64,000 nucleotides of DNA from Octopus sinensis. Lineage: Eukaryota. Positions 1 to 12,305 of this stretch are shown one piece after another. Both the position numbers and the translations under genes were made by a program. Location of the stretch: positions 14,198,001 to 14,262,000 of the forward strand of contig NC_043016.1 in assembly GCF_006345805.1 (NCBI RefSeq). The letters run 5' to 3'. Below the pieces are notes generated by a model. That model did not search any database, was not told where the DNA came from, and saw nothing but the letters and a program-made list of their open reading frames with translations. How positions within the stretch are numbered: the first letter of the stretch is position 1; each line of letters starts with the position of its first letter.

Positions 1-119
1 TCTGTCTATTTATCTGCTTACTAGATCTTTGGCTCTTCCTTGTTAAGTTAACTTTACGGCTTTTTGATTCCAAACATAGAATTTATTTTGTAATTCTGCA
101 ACATATTCATCAGCACAAA

Positions 120-525
120 GGAGCTCCTCTGGGCAACTGGTTTTTACATCCTCTGTTATGGTCTAGAGGACTCTGATAAACACTGGAGCACTGGGAAATG
201 AACCCTGCACACTAGATTTATTGCTGTAATCATTACTATCACCTTACTGAAATCTCCTCTGCACATAGCTTGGACAGCTCTCACCAGCCATTTGTTTACA
301 CTTAGCTTCCACAACAACCACCAGATTTAGGAGTAAAGGACCTTGTTGAAAGTTTTCTCCAGGTTGATGAAAGCTAAGTAAAATGGTTCACTTCTGGTTA
401 AATACTTCTCTTGCAATTGCCTTGCTTGGGAGCATCAGTGGTACTTCTCCTGCAGCATAAAACCAAGCTGCATCTCATCCAGTTTAAATCTCTTCCTAAT
501 TAGTTGAGCTATTAACTGTTTCTGT
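120..525 (-). mobile_element. Decayed RTE-clade LINE fragment (RT region)
   Basis: Minus strand reads IAQLIRKRFKLDEMQLGFM...RQLQEKYLTRSEPFYLAFINLEKTF with frameshifts, matching the RTE copy at 43220-43672. Confidence 0.8.
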
Positions 526-528
526 AAC

Positions 529-814
529 TTATTGGCAGTTGCAGGTTTTGTACTGTAAATGCCCAGAATTAAGGAATCCCCAGAAAAAAAAATGTCTAGT
601 GGTGTGAGGTCTTCTGAACATGGAGGACATTCTACTTGGGGGCAGGACTCACAAGAGGAGTTGGTCAAAACTCGGAGCTCTCTGACGCAATCTGCTCCTG
701 TGTGCAGGTCGCTTACAAGGCAGACCTCACTCAAGCGCAGCGGGGAATCCCAACAGCGGACCCGGGGCAAATTGGCCGCACATCAGGACCCCTACTTTCG
801 GTGACTGCAACTTT
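529..814. repeat. 286-bp segment duplicated at 3114-3399 (mariner C-terminal relic plus GC-rich segment)
   Basis: Direct alignment of the two copies, roughly 90% identical by eye; ORFs 435..770 and 3059..3355 give nearly the same peptide. Confidence 0.9.
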
Positions 815-1479
815 TACAACTGAGTCAAGCAATTTTTTTATTCTCTCTAAGGCATTTATTTTATCCATTTCTATAATGCTGCTGCACTGGTCACTGACAC
901 AATCATACATAAAGATACAGAAATACACACACGTATCTAACTTATAATATGTACCAGAAAAAACGAAAATTCTATAGTAGTAAAAAGGAATATTGCAGAC
1001 ACTTGAGCTAAGATTCAGCGTTACCAGCTATATTCCATGTATAGTATAAGCTTTTAAAATTTCATGAATTCACATTTTGTAAGATAAAATCTCCCAATAT
1101 GATATGATGATTTAAAATATTTCCTTTAAAGTCTAAGGACTTTAGAAGACATCTTTGAGTGTTTGACGTATAGCACTAATTATTTCTAGCTTTTTTTATT
1201 TTTCTCGATATAATCCTGAGCAAACCTGAAAAAAACATTAAAGATTACAATTAATTATTTGGATAATATTTATTTTCCTTAATTTTCTTTTGAGCCATGT
1301 ATTATACATATTTCTATGCACAAACATTATTACAAGTCAACTAACTAAAAAATGTCTACTAAAATCTATTTCTGTGTTTTTGAAATATTTACATTGAAAT
1401 GTAATTGGAAGAATAAAATTTACATATGACAGCTCAGGCTATTGGATGTATATTATACATGGCTGGTCACAATACTCTT

Positions 1480-1705
1480 CTTTGCACTGTTGTAGTTTTC
1501 AAATGATGTCACCTTGTTGGCCAGGTAAGCAGGCCAACATTCCTCCAAAATAGAGCACTAGTTCATCACAGGGTGACCCAGTTACAGCTGAGTGGACTGG
1601 AGCAACATGAAAGGAAATGTTTTGCTCAAGAACAGAATGCACTGCTGGTTTTGGAATCAATACCATAATCTTGCAATCATGAGTGCAACACCCTAACCAC
1701 TAAAT
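1480..1705 (-). mobile_element. tRNA-derived SINE (family C; also 36030-36330 and 40880-41168)
   Basis: Head with TAGTGGTTAG A-box and degenerate B-box, followed by ...TTCTTGAGCAA..AC.TT..TTTCA..TTGCTCCAGTCCACTCAGCTG core shared among copies. Confidence 0.7.
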
Positions 1706-2184
1706 CATTCAGGAGTGTAATTATGGGAAAATAGTGTATTCAATTTCGTTTTTGTATTTGGTTTGCAAGATTCTTTATGTGAATTTGTGTGTTGAAGAAT
1801 ATTTTATTGTCTGGGAAGAGTCATTCTCTTTTAGTGTCTTATTAATTTAACACACTCACCGGTCTGATTTCCATTCATTAAATTATTTATTTTTTCTAAC
1901 ATTTTCATTGTGTCTTGCGACCTTTTTAATAGCTTATTCAATTAAAACCATTCTTTCCTAAAAGTATAATATGTTTTAGCACACAAGACCCATTAATAAA
2001 ACAATCTCAATATTTACTTTCTTGACTCTCCTACAATTAAAATACTCAAAAAAAAAAAAAGAGAAGTTAAGAGAAAATATCAAACAGGCCCTTAACTATG
2101 CACAAACTAGGAGAACAAACTGTTTTAATTTCCAGTTTTTTCTTAGTTCCCAATTATTTTTTATTTCCTTGACTTTGAGTTTTT

Positions 2185-2227
2185 AGTATTTGATAAGATG
2201 GACATACACATTGAAACTGGTAATATT
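2185..2227 (+). ncRNA. Minimal type-I hammerhead-like motif, U3-A8 core variant
   Basis: AGTAT-TTGATAA-GATG-gacataca-CATT-GAAAC-tg-GT-A-ATATT: stem I, core, stem II, GAAA, short stem III, cleavage triplet GUA. Confidence 0.5.
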
Positions 2228-2243
2228 TTATAAAAGTTTTATG

Positions 2244-2437
2244 AAGGTGGTGAGCTGGCAGAAACGTTAGCACATCGGGTAAAATGCTTAGCAGTATTTC
2301 ATCTGTCTTTTACATTCTGAGTTCAAATTCCACCAAGGTCGACTTTGCCTTTCATTCTTTTGGGGTTGATAAATTAAGTACTAGTTGTGTACTGGGGTTG
2401 ATCTAATTTTGGGCCTTGTGCCTAGAGTAAAAAAGAA
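2244..2437 (+). mobile_element. tRNA-derived SINE (family B)
   Basis: Head AAGGTGGTGAGCTGGCAGAAACGTTAGC...GAGTTCAAATTCC then GTCGACTTTGCCTTTCAT..TTT.GGGGT.GATAAA; second copy at 32083-32286. Confidence 0.8.
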
Positions 2438-2882
2438 TATTTTTATAATATATTTTATAATGTAACAAATATAAACATGCTTACCCTGTCTAATTAAATG
2501 AAAAAGTTTTTAAAAAACCTTTAAACATGTGTCCTTGCTGTTTCCACTTTTACTTTTTACCTCTCTCTTTCTCTCTTGATGTATATAGAAGTAGATATAT
2601 CTATGAATGTATATATATATGCATACATATTTATGCATATATATCTGTATATGTATATATACACATATATATTTTTTGAATTTTGTATATATATGTATAT
2701 ATACACATGTATATTGTTTGAATTTTGTGGTGTTCCTGTGGTTGTTGCTCCTATTGCCTCCCCTTGGATGAAAAAGTGTATACAGCTCATTGGAGCACTT
2801 CTATTTCCAGTCTGTTGTATATCTTGAGTGTTATTGTCACTCAAGATATAACTTTATATTTTGTAATATATACACATGTATT

Positions 2883-3225
2883 CAGAGCGTCCCAAAGTAA
2901 TGTATACACACATTGAATGATTATAAACTCAGTATTTATAGAAATACATTTAATTTTCACTCTGACAGAATTAAAATTTTCTATGAATGCCTATTTTCAA
3001 ACTGATGACTCTTCTTGTCTGGGCACAGCTGATAACATGATGAAGGGAATCAAAAACATCAAGAAACATTGTTTGATATTTCTGTGCATTCTCTTTCAAA
3101 GACTGCTTCCAATTTATTGGCAGTTGCAGGTTTTGTACTGTAAATGCTATTTTTAAGGAATCCCCATAAAAAAAAAATGTCTAGTGGTGTGAGGTCTTCT
3201 GAACATGGAGGACATTCTACTTGGG
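2883..3225 (-). mobile_element. Tc1/mariner transposon relic (transposase C-terminus plus terminal repeat)
   Basis: ECPPCSEDLTPLDIFFLWGFLKNSIYSTKPATANKL resembles the WPPRSPDLTPLDFFLWGYLK motif; CAGAGCGTCCCAAAG at 2883 resembles a CAGGGTGTCCC-type TIR. Confidence 0.75.
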
Positions 3226-4171
3226 GGCAGGACTCACAAGAGGGGTCAGTCAAAACTCGGAGCTCTCTGATGCAATCTGCTCCTGTGTGCAGGTCGCTTA
3301 CGAGGCAGACCTCACTCAAGCGCAGTGGAGAATCCCAACAGTAGACCCGGGGCAAATTGGCCGTACATCAGGGCCCCTACTTTCAGTGACCACAACTTTC
3401 TTTAATATAGTTTCTTATATCATTAATAAAATTTCACATCTTCAAAGTCACACCATAACTCCGGTAATTTGACATGATGTTCCTCCTTAACATGCAAATT
3501 CTCAGGCTTCCAGCAGGTGCAATTACTGTAGTTAAGTCACTTAATTTCAATGTAAGCCTTATTATTCCAGTCTTTGATGGAAAGTGTGCATCTTCTCCAA
3601 ATCTTGCCAAGTGCTATTTGTAAAAGTCTACACTTTGGTTTGGGTCATCTTTGAGAACATGAACTAATTTTGGAATCTTTCTTTTCCTTCAGTCCGTCAC
3701 ACAGACCAAACGCATTCTTATCTGTCTCCTCTCCCATCTTTTCTTTTGTCAAAGAATATTCCTACAGAGTTTGCTGCCTTACCTTGTTTTGCCTAATTGC
3801 TCTCCATGTTTGTTTTCATTTAGTTTGTTGTATTCTTTACTGTCCTGTTTTTGTTACCAACTTTGACCCTCTGCAAAATACCAAATTTTATTTTGGTTCA
3901 CGAGGGCAACTGTTTTTTGAAGCCTCATATTGTCGTGAATTGCTCGAAATGTGGAGTAGATGAGCAACCAAAAACTGATGAAGGGTCGTTCTTTATGTTA
4001 CTCGTCTTGTTTTCCTATATGTTTCTCTTGTTGTTTGCGTACCCAAGTTTGTCTTCGTATTTCATATTGTTTTCGTATTTCATGTTGTTTACATTTTGTG
4101 ATGTCCTAGCCCCATATATGCATGTATATATACATATATATGTATGTACATATATGTATGTATATAAGCAT

Positions 4172-4203
<32 letters not shown>

Positions 4204-4204
<1 letters not shown>

Positions 4205-4555
4205 AAATATTATTAGAGACAAAACCACTATTTTGCAAAACAAACAAGGAAAGACTTAATCAATACATAAATTTAATAAATAGTCAAAAAAACCGCCACT
4301 ACAATCGTTTCTTGTCTTGATCGACAATCTTCAGGTGGACTTCCAATAATTCAGTGTCAATTTGACACTGAACGATTGTAGTGGCGGTTTTTTTGACTAT
4401 TTATTAAATTTTATGTATTGATTAAGTCTTTCCTTGTTTGTTTGCAAAATAGTGGTTTTGTCTCTAATAATATTTTATAATATTTACTATAAAATTGGAT
4501 TTAATCCTAAATCTGATTTTTTCCCTGTAAATTGGTTTATTCCCTAATATTTATT
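4204..4555. mobile_element. Inverted Penelope-like pLTR remnant with hammerhead, in a TA microsatellite
   Basis: Inverted arms 4204-4307 / 4371-4476; one arm has a unique ~75-bp extension; hammerhead at 4296-4338; flanked by (TA)n. Confidence 0.7.
4296..4338 (-). ncRNA. Minimal type-I hammerhead ribozyme
   Basis: CCAC-CTGAAGA-TTGTC-gatcaa-GACAA-GAAAC-gatt-GT-A-GTGG; all core nucleotides and all three stems present. Confidence 0.8.
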
Positions 4556-4557
4556 AT

Positions 4558-4600
<43 letters not shown>

Positions 4601-4688
4601 TGTATACATATATATATATACATATATGTATACATATACATATAGTATACATATATATATGTATACATATATATAATATATATATATA

Positions 4689-4726
<38 letters not shown>

Positions 4727-4812
4727 ATTCTTAATGGTGAAATTCAAAATAGATAAAGCTATAATAATATTAGATTAAAGATCCCTTGGATATACATGGC
4801 GTAAACAATATA

Positions 4813-5677
4813 CAGCAAACCCCTTGCCATATCGTGGTTTCACCTATTGCACCCTCAGTACATCACGGATTTTTCTGGCTAATATAGGTAAATTTATACC
4901 ATCACAAGTTTCTGTGGCTGATAGGTATTTATATATTTTTTAGATTTTAATTATTTCTGAGGTAAAATAAGCATTTTCATGCATAACAATTAATAAATAA
5001 AAATAGAGTACAGTACTGCACTGTATAACACATTAATTAAAATACATTAAAAGAAAATACGTAGGAGTGGCTGTGTGGTAAGTAGCTTGCTTACCAATCA
5101 CATGGTTCTGGGTTCAGTCCCACTGCGTGGCATCTTGGGCAAGTGTCTTCTACTATAGCCTCGGGCCAACCAAAGCCTTGTGAGTGGATTTGGTAGACGG
5201 AAACTGAAAGAAGCCCGTCGTATATATGTATGTATATATATATGTGTGTGTGTATGTTTGTGTGTCTGTGTTTGTCCCCCTAGCATTGCTTGACAATCGA
5301 TGCTGGTGTGTTTACGTCCCCGTCACTTAGCGGTTCAGCAAAAGAGACCGATAGAATAGTACTGGGCTTACAAAAGAATAAGTCCTGGGGTCGATTTGCT
5401 CGACTAAAGGCGGTGCTCCAGCATGGCCGCAGCCAAATGACTGAAACAAGTAAAAGAGTAAAGAGAGTGTACTGTGGGTGAGTTAACAAAGAATCACACA
5501 TACTGTATGAGAAAAGAAACTCGGGAGGTGGGTGTGTGGTGGTGTGTGGTGGTGTTTGGTATTTATAATAAAATAATTAAAAAATATACCGTACAATGCT
5601 GTTTCTACTTTGCAGATTTTCACCTATCAAGGTGAGGCATTGGAACATAACCACCTACAATCGTTAAGAGATTACTG
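4813..5677. mobile_element. pogo/Tigger-like non-autonomous DNA transposon with nested SINE
   Basis: TA-CAGCAAACCCC...GAGATTACTG-TA termini and repeated TTTCACCTAT subterminal motif. Confidence 0.6.
5060..5467 (+). mobile_element. tRNA-derived SINE (family A) with internal (TA)n/(TG)n
   Basis: GGAGTGGCTGTGTGGTAAG A-box, GGTTCAGTCCC B-box, CTTGGGCAAGTGTCTT core, tail ...GACTGAAACAAGTAAAAGAG; >15 full or partial copies in the window. Confidence 0.9.
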
Positions 5678-6712
5678 TATAAATATATATTTATATTCAT
5701 CATTTACATTGTTTTAACATCCAGTCAGAGTTTATTGAAGCAGATTTTCTATGGTTGGATGCCCTTCCTGTTTCCAAGTAAGATAATATTTCCCCATGGC
5801 CGAACATGTTATCACAAAATATTGGAAACAAATTATATTCATTTACAACAATAACACACACACATTTTTATATATGATGAGTTTTCTGCAATTACTTCAG
5901 CTAAATCTATTTACAAGGCTTTGGTCTCTCTGCAGCTAGCTTAGAGAAACATTTGCCCAAGTTGTCACCCAAGTGGTCACCATGTGCTTGTGAAGCAAAT
6001 TTCTTAACCGCCACTTCTTTATAGCTAATGCTTGTTGCATTATATCCAAAGTAATTATAGATAACGTACCAATATCAATGATAGAAGTGGTGTTAATAGT
6101 AAAAGCTGTGATTTTGTCGGTAATGATTTGTAGAGTGGGTGTGAATTTGGTAGTGTTGAATATCACTAAGCTTTGTTAAAATTCCAGTACAAGTTTCTCT
6201 TATTAATAAATATATATTAGCAACAGAGGCATCATTAATACCAAGAGGTGATACTTATCTCCACTTAAAGGTGGATGTTCTGTTAGAACAGACTATACTG
6301 CAGTAGATATCACAAGAGAAGCTCTCATATTGGCTTCTGGTGTAAAATGCACTCTTGTTTATATCACTGGCAGGGGAGATAAATCCTCCTCATCTCTTGT
6401 GCCAAGACTACAAGATCACGTGATTTTGATCTTCCTTGGTCTTGTTAATGATGAACACTCAAATGCAAGAGATAGCAGTGACTTATCTTCCTGCCAGCAG
6501 TATATAGAAAAACTGGGCCAGAAGAGGCGCTAGTGTTGCAATTAACAGTGAGCTTGTTAAAAAATATACTCTAGCAAGAGATGTTTTTTCCTTAAGTTCT
6601 CCTTAGCTTTTTCTCTGCATGTATGAACATTTTCATTTTAATATTGTAACTTTCCAAACATACTCCTGCCTATCATACTCCTTGTGTAAGATATATATAC
6701 ATATATTTTTTT

Positions 6713-6990
6713 CATTATTTACATTATTTACATTTGACAGACATTTGTCCTCATCTTGTTTATTGTTAACACATTTCGGTTGAAATACCCTCCTGCCTTC
6801 TTCAGGTTTCTTGAAATTTCGAGCCTGGATTCTCATTCCTAAGAGTATTTTTAGATTTGCATTATTTATATTTTGTTATTATTATTATTGTTGTGTGTAT
6901 TCTTGACTGATTGGCTGCTATGGAAATCTTGGAATTAACTCGGAATCTTGGGTTAGTAGCCCATGCTCTTTCCACTACGCCATATGCCCA
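6713..6990 (-). mobile_element. tRNA-head plus hammerhead-tail SINE-like element (degenerate copy)
   Basis: Head GGGCATATGGCGTAGTGG...GGGCTACTAACCC..; hammerhead 6768-6810 (CTGAAGA-A-GGCAGG..TCAACC-GAAA, cleavage triplet deleted); same family as 25667-26137. Confidence 0.75.
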
Positions 6991-7011
6991 GGGACAATTA
7001 TGGAGTGAATT

Positions 7012-7070
7012 TAGGGCTTTGTCAAAAGCTTTTGCAAAATCAAGATATATTAGATCCACGTTTGTATAAT
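7012..7070 (-). mobile_element. Very short CR1/L2-type RT fragment
   Basis: NVDLIYLDFAKAFDK motif. Confidence 0.55.
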
Positions 7071-7074
7071 ATGC

Positions 7075-7105
<31 letters not shown>

Positions 7106-7307
7106 ATATATATAGACGTAGCAGTGGCTGTGTGGTAAGTAGCTTGCTTACCAACCACATGGTTCTGGGCTCAGTCCTACTGCATGGCACCTTGGGCAAG
7201 TGTGTCTGCTACTATAGCCTCGAGCTGACCAAGCATTGTGAGTGGATTTGGTAGACAGAAACTGAAAGAAGCCTGTCGTGTATATTATATATATATAATA
7301 TATATAT

Positions 7308-7760
7308 AATTGTAGCTGTGATACCAGTGCTGGTGGCACGTAAGAGAACCATCCAAACGTGACCGTTGCCAGCGTCGACCTGACTGGCCTCCGTGCCGGT
7401 GGCATGTAAAAAGCACCATCTGATTGTGGCCGTTGCCAGCCTCGTCTGGCCCCCATGCCGGTGGCACGTAAAAAGCACCATCCGATCGTGGCCGTTTGCC
7501 AGCCTCGTCTGGCCCCCATGCCGGTGGCACGTAAAAAGCACCATCCGTTCGTGGCTGTTTGCCAGCCTCATCTGGCACCTGTGCCGGTGACATGTAAAAA
7601 GCACCCACTACACTCACGGAGTGGTTGACGTTAGGAAGGGCATCCATCTGTAGAAACACTGCCAGATCAGACTGGGCCTGGTGCAGCTTTCTGGCTTCCC
7701 AGACCCCAGCTGAACCGGCCAACCCATGCTAGCATGGAAAGCGGATGTTAAATGATGATA
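7308..7760 (+). mobile_element. RTE LINE 3' UTR fragment with ~60-bp tandem units and (GAT)n tail
   Basis: Same 3' end as the RT-linked copy at 16785-17868; further copies at 15905-16080, 19800-20155, 27626-27840, 28700-29180, 33460-33820, 38597-38980, 42628-42890, 57290-57710, 58530-58780, 61540-62132. Confidence 0.85.
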
Positions 7761-8447
7761 CACACACACACATCTAATATATATATATATGTATACATCT
7801 TCCCATTTTTTTCTACTGCTAAGCACTGTCCGACCACTATATTCCAAAATTCTTCATTCCATACTACTACCCCTCTCTCTGCCCCATTACTTAGACTCTA
7901 TCACTACATAACTGACACTCCTTTACTGTTTATACCTCTCTCTCTATCACCTCCACCTCATTCCTTCTATCTTTTTACAAGCTAATACCTTTCTCTCTCT
8001 ATCACCCTCATCTCCCCATTTCTGCTTTCAAATTATCTTGACTGACCACTAACTGGTACACTTTCCCTTATTTTCTTTTTGTTTTTCTTTTTCCTTTATC
8101 CCTCTCTTCCTGTTTTTTCTTCTCTTTTTCTTCTTTTCCTTTATTCCTCTCTTCCTGTTTTTGATTTGACCTTACAAATACATTCCCTACTTTTAGGTCA
8201 CTTTAAATAAAACCCTTGATTCAATAGCACTGTGTACAAACTTTATACTTGGAATGACAAATTTTAGATACTTTTGGATTTTACTCACAAGGTATTGGAA
8301 TCTTATATGTATACCATTCTGCCTAAATAATGGATCTACAAATGCAATATCCCTGCATATCTCACTTCTATTTCATATCTTATCTATTCTCACTCTCTAT
8401 TTCATATCTTATCTAAATTAACTATTCCTTAACCATTTTGTCACACC

Positions 8448-8495
8448 GTTTCCGATGAAGGAATATATAAAATATCCTGGAAACAGCTATAAGAC
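8448..8495 (+). ncRNA. Degenerate minimal hammerhead motif (CCGATGA core, palindromic loop III)
   Basis: GTTT-CCGATGA-AGGAATAT-ataaa-ATATCCT-g-GAAAC-AGCT-AT-A-AGAC; G16.2 is mutated to A. Confidence 0.5.
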
Positions 8496-8734
8496 CATCT
8501 ATTTATAGATGTTCTAAAATCTTCCCAGCCTTGGTTTTTTTTATCTCATTCTGAAAAAAAGAATTTATATATATACACACGCTGATATATGACTTATATT
8601 AGACTCCTCATTCGCATTATCACCGAACCTGGAGCTTAACTATTGTCTTTCCAAAGCACTTACTCAGCATTACCTGACACCTTTGGGTCTTACTGACACC
8701 ATTACCTATCATAACATATAATTTTATATGTAGA

Positions 8735-8986
8735 CTATGTATATGTATATATATATATATATATATTATACATATGTATATGCGTATATATATATATATA
8801 CATATATACATATGTATATGCGTTATATATATATATACATATATATATGTGTGTGTATATTATATACACATATATATATGTATATATATTATACATATGT
8901 ATATGCTATATATATATATACATATATATATGTGTGTATATATATATACACATATATATATTATACACACATATATATATATGTAT

Positions 8987-9020
<34 letters not shown>

Positions 9021-9041
9021 ATGTATATGTATATATATATG

Positions 9042-9088
<47 letters not shown>

Positions 9089-9119
9089 TATATATATATA
9101 TATATGTATATGTATATAT

Positions 9120-9153
<34 letters not shown>

Positions 9154-9640
9154 TGTATATGTATATATAGATACATATATATATATGTATGTATATGTGT
9201 ATATATATATATTTATACTATATATATGTATGTATATATATGTATATAATATATGTATATATACATATAATATGTATGTATATGTGTATATATATATATG
9301 TAACATATAATATGTATGTATAATATATATATGTATATATATGATATATATATATATGTATATATATATTAATTGCATTGCAATTTTTAACATTTATGTA
9401 TTAGCTTTGTTGGGTACTTCTCTAGCAGTATATTGGATATATGTTATCCCATGGAGGGTTGAATTTACAACCCCTATCTCATTTTATATATATGTATATA
9501 CATATATATAATATGTATGTTATATATATATGTATATATAATATATGTATATTATATATATATGTATATGTATATATACATATATGTATGTATATATATA
9601 TATATGTATAATATATGTGTATAATATATGTATATGTATA

Positions 9641-9679
<39 letters not shown>

Positions 9680-9892
9680 ATATATTTGTATATATATACT
9701 ATATATATATATATATGTGTATATATATATATATATACATGTATATATATATATTTGTATATATATATGTATATATACGTGTATATATGTATACCATTCT
9801 GTATATGTATATACGTGTATATATATATATATAATAATATATGTATATATATGTATGTATATATATATATATATATATACATACATATATAT
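8735..9892. repeat. Very long compound (TA)n/(TATG)n/(TACA)n microsatellite field
   Basis: Direct reading; interrupted at ~9370-9485; source of many spurious Y/I/M ORFs. Confidence 0.95.
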
Positions 9893-9924
9893 GTTGGGGC
9901 TTCTATGTGAAGCTGGTGCAGGAA

Positions 9925-10230
9925 ACAGCCATGAACTCACATTATTTGTCGGGTTTTCGAAGTCACGGCATATCCCCAGAGGTCTCGACCTTTCGTCATT
10001 GCCTCTGTGAAACCCAATGTTCGAAGGTCATGCTTGACCACTTCATCCCATATCTTCCTGGGTCTACCTCTTCTCCGGATTCCTTTAACTGTTTGGGGTG
10101 CACTTCTTCACACATCTCTCCTCATCCATCCGTAGTGCATGACCATACCAGTGCAGACGTCTCTCTTGCATGCCACATCCAATGCTGCTTATGTCCAGCA
10201 TTTCTCTCAGGGTACTTACACTCTGTCATG
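9925..10230 (-). mobile_element. RTE LINE 3' coding fragment
   Basis: Encodes ...RRLHWYGHALRMDEERCVKKC...[29 protein letters not shown], matching 17032-17286. Confidence 0.8.
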
Positions 10231-10789
10231 TATATATATATGTATATACATATATATATATGTATATATATATATATTTATATATGTATATATATATGTG
10301 TATATATATATGTATATACATATATGTATAATATGTATATATATATACATACAAGTAAAAGTACCCAGCGTTACTCGGGGCTTAATTGCTTTAAAGTACC
10401 CTTAATGATTCTACTCAATTATGATTATTGAGGCAAAGATTGATATAAGCTTATGGCCAACCAATTTATTTGCAACTGGATAGAAAGCACTGCAAAGAGC
10501 ATTACAACACTCTCAGAAGGTAATAACAATAGAATGTGAGGTGGCCTTGAAAATGCTGTGTTATCATTCTCACAATCGTAACAATTTGGTAGGTAGTCGT
10601 TGAAGGATGTGTAAAACGTTCACAAGTGAATAAGGTGTCTTCGTTTTCCAACAGCGGCAGCAGATGTGCTGTTTGACAACTTTATGCTCTGTGAAATCAG
10701 AATAGATGCCCTTTGGAGGAAAGAGGGGGATTAATCATGGGTAAGTAAATACGGGTAAGTTTGAAAATATACAACAATAGCATCTACTC

Positions 10790-12305
10790 ACCATATGTGG
10801 GAGTGTCGAGGAAAAAGATCCCCCCAGCTTTGTCCCGGACAGTATTAATAACGGAATTGTAAGTGAACTTCTGTTGTGGAAGGAGCTTTGGCTCATTCTC
10901 TGCCATGTACTGGGCAAGCTTGTCAACATTATAACATGTGTCATGCAGCAAATCTGAAGACAGTGTGTTTGCACCTTCCCGGTTTGTTGAAGGTAGGCCA
11001 TACACTGCCAACGCCCATATTGAGAACAGTATCTTCGATTTCAAGCAACACCCCGTTGTAACTGAGGTCACTGTACCTGACCTTCATTGATGGATTTAGC
11101 TACTGAGCCTGACGCAGGAAATCTTCAGACATGTAATCTTTGTAGGTAAGCCATAAAGAGGCGGGATCACCCAAGTGGCGCCATAGGAGTAGAATAGTGA
11201 AAGGCGATCTTATATTTTAGGGGATTTTAACAAAATGCCCTCTGCCATAGTGGTGCCCTATTATGAATCATCCTCGAAAAGTCCATGCTGAAGCAGGCTT
11301 CCTGGAAAGTGTCCACATAATTCACCGTCAACAGTTCTTATGTCTTGAAAGCTTTGTGGGCTGAAAACATCATGGAGGAGAAGGCACATGTGAAAATGGT
11401 TGGGAGGCACAGTATAGACTCTTCCTAGACAACTGTTAAACTTGACACCAGGATGTCCTTGAACATCCTGACCTGACTTCCTATGCACCCAAGTGTTCTT
11501 TGATCACACATAGTAGGACGGGACCTGAGGGTATAAAAGTGTTTTGGCAAATGTGTCATGTTGGCAAAGCCTAAAAAAAAAACAAAGTTTTTTTTGGGGA
11601 TTAGTCTCGCCAATTGTGCATCAGTCTGTACAGTAAAGTAAGCCTGCTGGCTGTTTTCCAAATGAACCGTTAGTTGTATGATGGCGGGGTTCCTTTGGTG
11701 AAGCGGAAACCCGAATATCCACCGAAAAGCTTCACCACTGCTGATACAATGACCTGGCAAGTACTGTAACACCTCGTCCATGCTATTGTCCTTTTGAAGG
11801 CCAAACATGGCAGCGTGAGTACCCTTGTTAACATATTTACATATGTATTTTATTGATTTTACTGAATGACAGAACTCCACATTTATATGAGTGTTGAAAA
11901 TTTTCATCAGAAATGGACAGTATGGAACCACCCATCTATTATCAAGTTGATGACTCTGTAACATCATAGTGAATCCCCCATTCTCAGGCTGCCTTTGTCT
12001 GTACAGTGGATATCCATTGCTGGGACTGCACGGACCATGCACCATGTATGCCTTCACAACGTCGTACAGCTGCTGGTCAACAGTGATGTCTGGGATTTCT
12101 GCTGTGATGATGTCATCTAGAACTCTAAGGTCTATTTTGGTGACCAACCAAAGCAAACTGTGCGCGTGTGGCAACCCTGTCTTATGTCACTCAACAGTAT
12201 ACATGTGACAGTTAACAGGCACAAAAACCCGCCCTTTTTTTATTAAATCAATTAGCTTAGCCAGCTTGTGCCTGAAAACCCTGGCAATAATATCATGCCG
12301 ACGGC
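10790..12305 (-). pseudogene. Helitron RepHel pseudogene (HUH Rep domain to start of PIF1 helicase)
   Basis: GLPHAH motif, MVHGPC, GYPLYR, DNRWVVPY, HINVEFC..VKSIKYICKYVNKG; then GIFFLDTP (truncated Walker A); frameshifts and stops. Confidence 0.9.

Noticed and set aside
639-810. GC-rich segment as 7SL, 7SK, RNase P/MRP, U3 or an HDV-like ribozyme
   Set aside because: Only short chance matches (e.g. GGTCAAAACTC); no conserved boxes in the right order; the downstream T-run belongs to the mariner FFLWG codons
1895-1935. Possible hammerhead on the minus strand (..GGTC-GCAA-GAC..GAAA)
   Set aside because: Core too degenerate (G5 missing, stem II not adjacent to GAAA)
3935-3995. GAAA followed by CTGATGA, a possible type-II hammerhead
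   Set aside because: Stems I and III cannot be formed from the intervening sequence
7385-7610. RTE 3' UTR unit as an HDV-like ribozyme (GGCACG/CGTGCC then GG, CCTCG loop)
   Set aside because: Extra 4-5 nt between P3 and P1, weak P2 and no CxAA J4/2; known RTE HDV-like ribozymes are at 5' ends
8737-10431. Long Y/I/M/C-rich ORFs (also 56076-56736 and 62670-63294)
   Set aside because: Translations of microsatellites that lack stop codons
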